Below are positions 1 to 10,300 of a stretch of 64,000 nt of DNA, in pieces. The notes under the pieces were generated by a model, which saw nothing but the letters and a program-made list of their open reading frames with translations, did not search any database and had not been told where the DNA came from. Made by a program: the position numbers and the translations under genes. This stretch comes from Auanema rhodensis (lineage: Eukaryota > Animalia > Nematoda), in contig OZ059897.1 of assembly GCA_964057225.1 (NCBI GenBank), positions 18,972,001 to 19,036,000 of the forward strand. Direction: 5' to 3'. Each line of letters opens with the position of its first letter. The first letter of the stretch is position 1.

Positions 1-103
1 GATCGACGCAGCTTAAAAATCCGCATCGAATGCACTATACTACATTGAAAAACGCTCAATACAAAAATTAGTTATGATCGTTTGAAAAATGATGCATTAG
101 TGT

Positions 104-131
104 ATGTTGAGTTTCCATGTACACTCAACAT
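104..131. other. Perfect 9-bp inverted repeat with 10-nt loop (in nearly every monomer)
   Basis: ATGTTGAGT (104-112) and ACTCAACAT (123-131) are exact reverse complements. Confidence 0.9.
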
Positions 132-144
132 TGCTTCCAAAAAC

Positions 145-179
145 ATTTTGACAAAAATTTTTTCGAAAAATTTCAAAAT
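145..179. other. A/T-tract palindrome centred on TTTTTCGAAAAA
   Basis: A perfect 12-bp palindrome at 159-170 is flanked by the ATTTTGA (145-151) / TCAAAAT (173-179) arms. A further pair, AAAAACAT (139-146) / ATGTTTTT (197-204), is also present. Confidence 0.88.
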
Positions 180-281
180 AATTTAGCAAAAAGTAGATGT
201 TTTTAGATTCCATTTTTCAAGGCAAAGACGATGGACAATGTTATTCAACGAAAAAATTAATTCTTCAGGGTGAAAATCGAG

Positions 282-303
282 GATATAAGTGTGAACTTAT
301 ATC
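282..303. other. Perfect 9-bp hairpin with 4-nt GTGA loop
   Basis: GATATAAGT (282-290) - GTGA - ACTTATATC (295-303). It overlaps a second dyad, ATATCA-GT-TGATAT (299-312). Confidence 0.9.
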
Positions 304-313
304 AGTTGATATC

Positions 314-380
314 TCGGTGCATTTTTAAGCTAGCGCAAATCTGATAACACAGATCGACGCAGCTTAAAAATCCGCATCGA
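314..380. other. Long imperfect inverted repeat (arms about 30 bp) around a 6-nt spacer ATAACA
   Basis: TCGGTGC-ATTTTTAAGCT-A-GCG-CAA-ATCTG [ATAACA] CAGAT-CGA-CGC-AGCTTAAAAAT-CC-GCATCGA. It has a perfect 11-bp core (321-331 vs 361-371), a 5-bp inner stem, a GCG/CGC pair and a 7-bp outer stem with one G:T. Confidence 0.88.
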
Positions 381-1755
381 ATGCACTATACTACATTAAG
401 AAACGCTTAATACAAGAATTAGTTATGATCGTTTGAAAAATGATGCATTAGTGTATGTTGAGTTTCCATGTACACTCAACATTGCTTCCAAAAACATTTT
501 GACAAAAATTTTTTCGAAAAATTTCAAAATAATTTAGCAAAAAGTAAATGTTTTTAGATTCCATTTTTCAAGGCAAAGACGATGGACAATGTTATTCAAC
601 GAAGAAATTAATTCTTCAGGGTGAAAATCGAGGATATAAGTGTGAACTTATATCAGTTGATATCTCGGTGCATTTTTAAGCTAGCGCAAATCTGATAACA
701 CAGATCGACGCAGCTTAAAAATCCGCATCGAATGCACTATACTACATTAAGAAACGCGTGATACAAAAATTAGTTATGATCGTTTGAAAAATGATGCATT
801 AGTGTATGTTGAGTTTCCATGTACACTCAACATTGCTTCCAAAAACATTTTGACAAAAATTTTTTCGAAAAATTTCGAAATAATTTAGCAAAAAGTAGAT
901 GTTTTTAGATTCCTTTTTTCAAGGCAAAGACGATGGACAATGTTATTCAACGAAAAAATTATTTCTTCAGGGTGAAAATCGAGGATATAAGTGTGAACTT
1001 ATATCAGTTGATATCTCGGTGCATTTTTAAGCTAGCGCAAATCTGATAACACAGATCGACGCAGCTTAAAAATCCGCATCGAATGCACTATACTACATTG
1101 AGAAACGCTTAATACAAAAATTAGTTATGATCGTTTGAAAAATGATGCATTAGTGTATGTTGAGTTTCCATGTACACTCAACATTGCTTCCAAAAACATT
1201 TTGACAAAAATTTTTTCGAAAAATTTCAAAATAATTTAGCGAAAAGTAGATGTTTTTAGATTCCATTTTTCAAGGCAAAGACGATGGACAATGTTATTCA
1301 ACGAAAAAATTAATTCTTCAGGGTAAAAATCGAGGATATAAGTGTGAACTTATATCAGTTGATATCTCGGTGCATTTTTAAGCTAGCGCAAATCTGATAA
1401 CACAGATCGACGCAGCTTAAAAATCCGCATCGAATGCACTATACTACATTGAGAAACGCTTAATACAAAAATTAGTTATGATCGTTTGAAAAATGATGCA
1501 TTAGTGTATGTTGAGTTTCCATGTACACTCAACATTGCTTCCAAAAACATTTTGACAAAAATTTTTTCGAAAAATTTCAAAATAATTTAGCAAAAAGTAG
1601 ATGTTTTTAGATTCCATTTTTCAAGGCAAAGACGATGGACAATGTTATTCAACGAAAAAATTAATTCTTCAGGGTGAAAATCGAGGATATAAGTGTGAAC
1701 TTATATCAGTTGATATCTCGGTGCATTTTTAAGCTAGCGCAAATCTGATAACACA

Positions 1756-4700
1756 GATCGACGCAGCTTAAAAATCCGCATCGAATGCACTATACTACAT
1801 TGAAAAACGCTCAATACAAAAATTAGTTATGATCGTTTGAAAAATGATGCATTAGTGTATGTTGAGTTTCCATGTACACTCAACATTGCTTCCAAAAACA
1901 TTTTGACAAAAATTTTTTCGAAAAATTTCAAAATAATTTAGCAAAAAGTAGATGTTTTTAGATTCCATTTTTCAAGGCAAAGACGATGGACAATGTTATT
2001 CAACGAAAAAATTAATTCTTCAGGGTGAAAATCGAGGATATAAGTGTGAACTTATATCAGTTGATATCTCGGTGCATTTTTAAGCTAGCGCAAATCTGAT
2101 AACACAGATCGACGCAGCTTAAAAATCCGCATCGAATGCACTATACTACATTAAGAAACGCTTAATACAAGAATTAGTTATGATCGTTTGAAAAATGATG
2201 CATTAGTGTATGTTGAGTTTCCATGTACACTCAACATTGCTTCCAAAAACATTTTGACAAAAATTTTTTCGAAAAATTTCAAAATAATTTAGCAAAAAGT
2301 AAATGTTTTTAGATTCCATTTTTCAAGGCAAAGACGATGGACAATGTTATTCAACGAAGAAATTAATTCTTCAGGGTGAAAATCGAGGATATAAGTGTGA
2401 ACTTATATCAGTTGATATCTCGGTGCATTTTTAAGCTAGCGCAAATCTGATAACACAGATCGACGCAGCTTAAAAATCCGCATCGAATGCACTATACTAC
2501 ATTGAGAAACGCGTGATACAAAAATTAGTTATGATCGTTTGAAAAATGATGCATTAGTGTATGTTGAGTTTCCATGTACACTCAACATTGCTTCCAAAAA
2601 CATTTTGACAAAAATTTTTTCGAAAAATTTCAAAATAATTTAGCAAAAAGTAGATGTTTTTAGATTCCATTTTTCAAGGCAAAGACGATGGACAATGTTA
2701 TTCAACGAAAAAATTAATTCTTCAGGGTGAAAATCGAGGATATAAGTGTGAACTTATATCAGTTGATATCTCGGTGCATTTTTAAGCTAGCGCAAATCTG
2801 ATAACACAGATCGACGCAGCTTAAAAATCCGCATCGAATGCACTATACTACATTGAAAAACGCTCAATACAAAAATTAGTTATGATCGTTTGAAAAATGA
2901 TGCATTAGTGTATGTTGAGTTTCCATGTACACTCAACATTGCTTCCAAAAACATTTTGACAAAAATTTTTTCGAAAAATTTCAAAATAATTTAGCAAAAA
3001 GTAGATGTTTTTAGATTCCATTTTTCAAGGCAAAGACGATGGACAATGTTATTCAACGAAAAAATTAATTCTTCAGGGTGAAAATCGAGGATATAAGTGT
3101 GAACTTATATCAGTTGATATCTCGGTGCATTTTTAAGCTAGCGCAAATCTGATAACACAGATCGACGCAGCTTAAAAATCCGCATCGAATGCACTATACT
3201 ACATTAAGAAACGCTTAATACAAGAATTAGTTATGATCGTTTGAAAAATGATGCATTAGTGTATGTTGAGTTTCCATGTACACTCAACATTGCTTCCAAA
3301 AACATTTTGACAAAAATTTTTTCGAAAAATTTCAAAATAATTTAGCAAAAAGTAAATGTTTTTAGATTCCATTTTTCAAGGCAAAGACGATGGACAATGT
3401 TATTCAACGAAGAAATTAATTCTTCAGGGTGAAAATCGAGGATATAAGTGTGAACTTATATCAGTTGATATCTCGGTGCATTTTTAAGCTAGCGCAAATC
3501 TGATAACACAGATCGACGCAGCTTAAAAATCCGCATCGAATGCACTATACTACATTGAGAAACGCGTGATACAAAAATTAGTTATGATCGTTTGAAAAAT
3601 GATGCATTAGTGTATGTTGAGTTTCCATGTACACTCAACATTGCTTCCAAAAACATTTTGACAAAAATTTTTTCGAAAAATTTCAAAATAATTTAGCAAA
3701 AAGTAGATGTTTTTAGATTCCATTTTTCAAGGCAAAGACGATGGACAATGTTATTCAACGAAAAAATTAATTCTTCAGGGTGAAAATCGAGGATATAAGT
3801 GTGAACTTATATCAGTTGATATCTCGGTGCATTTTTAAGCTAGCGCAAATCTGATAACACAGATCGACGCAGCTTAAAAATCCGCATCGAATGCACTATA
3901 CTACATTGAAAAACGCTCAATACAAAAATTAGTTATGATCGTTTGAAAAATGATGCATTAGTGTATGTTGAGTTTCCATGTACACTCAACATTGCTTCCA
4001 AAAACATTTTGACAAAAATTTTTTCGAAAAATTTCAAAATAATTTAGCAAAAAGTAGATGTTTTTAGATTCCATTTTTCAAGGCAAAGACGATGGACAAT
4101 GTTATTCAACGAAAAAATTAATTCTTCAGGGTGAAAATCGAGGATATAAGTGTGAACTTATATCAGTTGATATCTCGGTGCATTTTTAAGCTAGCGCAAA
4201 TCTGATAACACAGATCGACGCAGCTTAAAAATCCGCATCGAATGCACTATACTACATTAAGAAACGCTTAATACAAGAATTAGTTATGATCGTTTGAAAA
4301 ATGATGCATTAGTGTATGTTGAGTTTCCATGTACACTCAACATTGCTTCCAAAAACATTTTGACAAAAATTTTTTCGAAAAATTTCAAAATAATTTAGCA
4401 AAAAGTAAATGTTTTTAGATTCCATTTTTCAAGGCAAAGACGATGGACAATGTTATTCAACGAAGAAATTAATTCTTCAGGGTGAAAATCGAGGATATAA
4501 GTGTGAACTTATATCAGTTGATATCTCGGTGCATTTTTAAGCTAGCGCAAATCTGATAACACAGATCGACGCAGCTTAAAAATCCGCATCGAATGCACTA
4601 TACTACATTAAGAAACGCGTGATACAAAAATTAGTTATGATCGTTTGAAAAATGATGCATTAGTGTATGTTGAGTTTCCATGTACACTCAACATTGCTTC

Positions 4701-4914
4701 CAAAAACATTTTGACAAAAATTTTTTCGAAAAATTTCGAAATAATTTAGCAAAAAGTAGATGTTTTTAGATTCCTTTTTTCAAGGCAAAGACGATGGACA
4801 ATGTTATTCAACGAAAAAATTATTTCTTCAGGGTGAAAATCGAGGATATAAGTGTGAACTTATATCAGTTGATATCTCGGTGCATTTTTAAGCTAGCGCA
4901 AATCTGATAACACA
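1756..4914. repeat. Local 3-monomer higher-order repeat (1053-bp period), about 3 copies
   Basis: The monomer with GAAAAACGCTCAAT starts at 1756, 2809 and 3862 (also at 1). Each is followed by the AAGAAACGCTTAATACAAGAA/GTAAATG/GAAGAA monomer and then an ACGCGTG monomer. Confidence 0.85.
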
Positions 4915-7362
4915 GATCGACGCAGCTTAAAAATCCGCATCGAATGCACTATACTACATTGAGAAACGCTTAATACAAAAATTAGTTATGATCGTTTGAA
5001 AAATGATGCATTAGTGTATGTTGAGTTTCCATGTACACTCAACATTGCTTCCAAAAACATTTTGACAAAAATTTTTTCGAAAAATTTCAAAATAATTTAG
5101 CAAAAAGTAAATGTTTTTAGATTCCATTTTTCAAGGCAAAGACGATGGACAATGTTATTCAACGAAAAAATTAATTCTTCAGGGTGAAAATCGAGGATAT
5201 AAGTGTGAACTTATATCAGTTGATATCTGCATTTTTAAGCTAGCGCAAATCTGATAACACAGATCGACGCAGCTTAAAAATCCGGATCGAATGCACTATA
5301 CTACATTAAGAAACACTTGATACAAAAATAGTTATGATCGTTTAAAAAATGATGCATTAGTGTATGTTGAGTTTCCATGTACACTCAACATTGCTTCCAA
5401 AAACATTTTGACAAAAATTTTTTCGAAAAATTTCAAAATAATTTAGCAAAAAGTAGATGTTTTTAGATTCCATTTTTCAAGGCAAAGACGATGGACAATG
5501 TTATTCAACGAAAAAATTAATTCTTCAGGGTGAAAATCGAGGATATAAGTGTGAACTTATATCAGTTGATATCTCGGTGCATTTTTAAGCTAGCGCAAAT
5601 CTGATAACACAGATCGACGCAGCTTAAAAATCCGCATCGAATGCACTATACTACATTGAGAAACGCGTGATACAAAAATTAGTTATGATCGTTTGAAAAA
5701 TGATGCATTAGTGTATGTTGAGTTTCCATGTACACTCAACATTGCTTCCAAAAACATTTTGACAAAAATTTTTTCGAAAAATTTCAAAATAATTTAGCAA
5801 AAAGTAGATGTTTTTAGATTCCATTTTTCAAGGCAAAGACGATGGACAATGTTATTCAACGAAAAAATTAATTCTTCAGGGTGAAAATCGAGGATATAAG
5901 TGTGAACTTATATCAGTTGATATCTCGGTGCATTTTTAAGCTAGCGCAAATCTGATAACACAGATCGACGCAGCTTAAAAATCCGCATCGAATGCACTAT
6001 ACTACATTAAGAAACGCTTGATACAAGAATTAGTTATGATCGTTTGAAAAATGATGCATTAGTGTATGTTGAGTTTCCATGTACACTCAACATTGCTTCC
6101 AAAAACATTTTGACAAAAATTTTTTCGAAAAATTTCAAAATAATTTAGCAAAAAGTAAATGTTTTTAGATTCCATTTTTCAAGGCAAAGACGATGGACAA
6201 TGTTATTCAACGAAAAAATTAATTCTTCAGGGTGAAAATCGAGGATATAAGTGTGAACTTATATCAGTTGATATCTCGGTGCATTTTTAAGCTAGCGCAA
6301 ATCTGATAACACAGATCGACGCAGCTTAAAAATCCGCATCGAATGCACTATACTACATTAAGAAACGCGTGATACAAAAATTAGTTATGATCGTTTGAAA
6401 AATGATGCATTAGTGTATGTTGAGTTTCCATGTACACTCAACATTGCTTCCAAAAACATTTTGACAAAAATTTTTTCGAAAAATTTCGAAATAATTTAGC
6501 AAAAAGTAGATGTTTTTAGATTCCTTTTTTCAAGGCAAAGACGATGGACAATGTTATTCAACGAAAAAATTATTTCTTCAGGGTGAAAATCGAGGATATA
6601 AGTGTGAACTTATATCAGTTGATATCTCGGTGCATTTTTAAGCTAGCGCAAATCTGATAACACAGATCGACGCAGCTTAAAAATCCGCATCGAATGCACT
6701 ATACTACATTGAGAAACGCTTAATACAAAAATTAGTTATGATCGTTTGAAAAATGATGCATTAGTGTATGTTGAGTTTCCATGTACACTCAACATTGCTT
6801 CCAAAAACATTTTGACAAAAATTTTTTCGAAAAATTTCAAAATAATTTAGCAAAAAGTAAATGTTTTTAGATTCCATTTTTCAAGGCAAAGACGATGGAC
6901 AATGTTATTCAACGAAAAAATTAATTCTTCAGGGTGAAAATCGAGGATATAAGTGTGAACTTATATCAGTTGATATCTGCATTTTTAAGCTAGCGCAAAT
7001 CTGATAACACAGATCGACGCAGCTTAAAAATCCGGATCGAATGCACTATACTACATTAAGAAACACTTGATACAAAAATTAGTTATGATCGTTTAAAAAA
7101 TGATGCATTAGTGTATGTTGAGTTTCCATGTACACTCAACATTGCTTCCAAAAACATTTTGACAAAAATTTTTTCGAAAAATTTCAAAATAATTTAGCAA
7201 AAAGTAGATGTTTTTAGATTCCATTTTTCAAGGCAAAGACGATGGACAATGTTATTCAACGAAAAAATTAATTCTTCAGGGTGAAAATCGAGGATATAAG
7301 TGTGAACTTATATCAGTTGATATCTCGGTGCATTTTTAAGCTAGCGCAAATCTGATAACACA
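4564..7362. repeat. Duplicated block with 5-monomer (1750-bp) period marked by a shared 4-bp deletion
   Basis: GATATCTGC replaces GATATCTCGGTGC at about 5229 and 6979. Each deletion is followed by a TCCGGA + GTTTAAAAAA monomer and preceded by the same AAGAAACGCGTG monomer. Confidence 0.88.
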
Positions 7363-10300
7363 GATCGACGCAGCTTAAAAATCCGCATCGAATGCACTAT
7401 ACTACATTGAGAAACGCTTAATACAAAAATTAGTTATGATCGTTTGAAAAATGATGCATTAGTGTATGTTGAGTTTCCATGTACACTCAACATTGCTTCC
7501 AAAAACATTTTGACAAAAATTTTTTCGAAAAATTTCAAAATAATTTAGCAAAAAATAGATGTTTTTAGATTCCATTTTTCAAGGCAAAAACGATGGACAA
7601 TGTTATTCAACGAAGAAATTAATTCTTCAGGGTGAAAATCGAGGATATAAGTGTGAACTTATATCAGTTGATATCTCGGTGCATTTTAAAGCTAGCGCAA
7701 ATCTGATAACACAGATCGACGCAGCTTAAAAATCCGCATCGAATGCACTATACTACATTGAGAAACGCTTAATACAAAAATTAGTTATGATCGTTTGAAA
7801 AATGATGCATTAGTGTATGTTGAGTTTCCATGTACACTCAACATTGCTTCCAAAAACATTTTGACAAAAATTTTTTCGAAAAATTTCGAAATAATTTAGC
7901 GAAAAGTAGATGTTTTTAGATTCCATTTTTCAAGGCAAAGACGATGGACAATGTTATTCAACGAAAAAATTAATTCTTCAGGGTGAAAATCGAGGATATA
8001 AGTGTGAACTTATATCAGTTGATATCTCGGTGCATTTTAAAGCTAGCGCAAATCTGATAACACAGATCGACGCAGCTTAAAAATCCGCATCGAATGCACT
8101 ATACTACATTGAGAAACGCTTAATACAAAAATTAGTTATGATCGTTTAAAAAATGATGCATTAGTGTATGTTGAGTTTCCATGTACACTCAACATTGCTT
8201 CCAAAAACATTTTGACAAAAATTTTTTCGAAAAATTTCGAAATAATTTAGCGAAAAGTAGATGTTTTTAGATTCCATTTTTCAAGGCAAAGACGATGGAC
8301 AATGTTATTCAACGAAAAAATTAATTCTTCAGGGTGAAAATCGAGGATATAAGTGTGAACTTATATCAGTTGATATCTCGGTGCATTTTTAAGCTAGCGC
8401 AAATCTGATAACACAGATCGACGCAGCTTAAAAATCCGCATCGAATGCACTATACTACATTGAGAAACGCTTAATACAAAAATTAGTTATGATCGTTTGA
8501 AAAATGATGCATTAGTGTATGTTGAGTTTCCATGTACACTCAACATTGCTTCCAAAAACATTTTGACAAAAATTTTTTCGAAAAATTTCGAAATAATTTA
8601 GCGAAAAGTAGATGTTTTTAGATTCCATTTTTCAAGGCAAAGACGATGGACAATGTTATTCAACGAAAAAATTAATTCTTCAGGGTGAAAATCGAGGATA
8701 TAAGTGTGAACTTATATCAGTTGATATCTCGGTGCATTTTTAAGCTAGCGCAAATCTGATAACACAGATCGACGCAGCTTAAAAATCCGCATCGAATGCA
8801 CTATACTACATTGAGAAACGCTTAATACAAAAATTAGTTATGATCGTTTGAAAAATGATGCATTAGTGTATGTTGAGTTTCCATGTACACTCAACATTGC
8901 TTCCAAAAACATTTTGACAAAAATTTTTTCGAAAAATTTCAAAATAATTTAGCAAAAAATAGATGTTTTTAGATTCCATTTTTCAAGGCAAAGACGATGG
9001 ACAATGTTATTCAACGAAAAAATTAATTCTTCAGGGTGAAAATCGAGGATATAAGTGTGAACTTATATCAGTTGATATCTCGGTGCATTTTAAAGCTAGC
9101 GCAAATCTGATAACACAGATCGACGCAGCTTAAAAATCCGCATCGAATGCACTATACTACATTGAGAAACGCTTAATACAAAAATTAGTTATGATCGTTT
9201 GAAAAATGATGCATTAGTGTATGTTGAGTTTCCATGTACACTCAACATTGCTTCCAAAAACATTTTGACAAAAATTTTTTCGAAAAATTTCAAAATAATT
9301 TAGCAAAAAATAGATGTTTTTAGATTCCATTTTTCAAGGCAAAGACGATGGACAATGTTATTCAACGAAAAAATTAATTCTTCAGGGTGAAAATCGAGGA
9401 TATAAGTGTGAACTTATATCAGTTGATATCTCGGTGCATTTTAAAGCTAGCGCAAATCTGATAACACAGATCGACGCAGCTTAAAAATCCGCATCGAATG
9501 CACTATACTACATTGAGAAACGCTTAATACAAAAATTAGTTATGATCGTTTAAAAAATGATGCATTAGTGTATGTTGAGTTTCCATGTACACTCAACATT
9601 GCTTCCAAAAACATTTTGACAAAAATTTTTTCGAAAAATTTCGAAATAATTTAGCGAAAAGTAGATGTTTTTAGATTCCATTTTTCAAGGCAAAGACGAT
9701 GGACAATGTTATTCAACGAAAAAATTAATTCTTCAGGGTGAAAATCGAGGATATAAGTGTGAACTTATATCAGTTGATATCTCGGTGCATTTTTAAGCTA
9801 GCGCAAATCTGATAACACAGATCGACGCAGCTTAAAAATCCGCATCGAATGCACTATACTACATTGAGAAACGCTTAATACAAAAATTAGTTATGATCGT
9901 TTGAAAAATGATGCATTAGTGTATGTTGAGTTTCCATGTACACTCAACATTGCTTCCAAAAACATTTTGACAAAAATTTTTTCGAAAAATTTCGAAATAA
10001 TTTAGCGAAAAGTAGATGTTTTTAGATTCCATTTTTCAAGGCAAAGACGATGGACAATGTTATTCAACGAAAAAATTAATTCTTCAGGGTGAAAATCTAG
10101 GATATAAGTGTGAACTTATATCAGTTGATATCTCGGTGCATTTTTAAGCTAGCGCAAATCTGATAACACAGATCGACGCAGCTTAAAAATCCGCATCGAA
10201 TGCACTATACTACATTGAGAAACGCTTAATACAAAAATTAGTTATGATCGTTTGAAAAATGATGCATTAGTGTATGTTGAGTTTCCATGTACACTCAACA

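Larger units (their letters stand above)
1..351. repeat. Representative monomer (351 bp, about 31% GC, many A/T tracts)
   Basis: Hand count is 56 G and 54 C in 351 nt. Common polymorphic offsets are 47, 49, 54, 56, 58, 65, 175, 176, 188, 212, 253 and 260. NheI (329-334), EcoRV (308-313), NsiI (92-97) and BsrGI (118-123) sites occur once per monomer. Confidence 0.98.

Noticed and set aside
139-217. Phased A-tracts implying strong intrinsic curvature
   Set aside because: Tract starts (139, 153, 166, 175, 188, 200, 213) are spaced about 9-14 bp apart and mix A and T orientation, so there is no clean 10.5-bp phasing. A curvature calculation would be needed.
238-254. CENP-B box-like TTTCGTTGAA on the minus strand
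   Set aside because: It matches only the TTCG...A half; the essential CGGG is absent.
262-268. Hammerhead ribozyme core: CTGAAGA on the minus strand (CTGATGA in one copy at 52551-52557) and a CTGATAA near-match on the plus strand at 341-347
   Set aside because: Hammerheads do occur in some satellites, but I could not build stem II closing onto a GAAA, nor stems I and III with a UH site. The plus-strand motif lacks the conserved G. An Infernal/Rfam search would be definitive.
1-351. 5S rRNA, tRNA, snRNA or spliced-leader tandem gene unit
   Set aside because: I recognised no 5S, tRNA cloverleaf/A-B box or SL sequence on either strand by eye; this was not checked with covariance models.
1-351. 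Assignment to a named ~350-bp satellite family or species
   Set aside because: Satellites of similar length exist in several plants and insects, but I do not recognise this sequence and length alone is not evidence.
5321-5330. 1-bp deletion (TACAAAAATAG)
   Set aside because: It is absent from the sister copy at 7012 and lies next to a homopolymer, so it may be a sequencing or consensus error.
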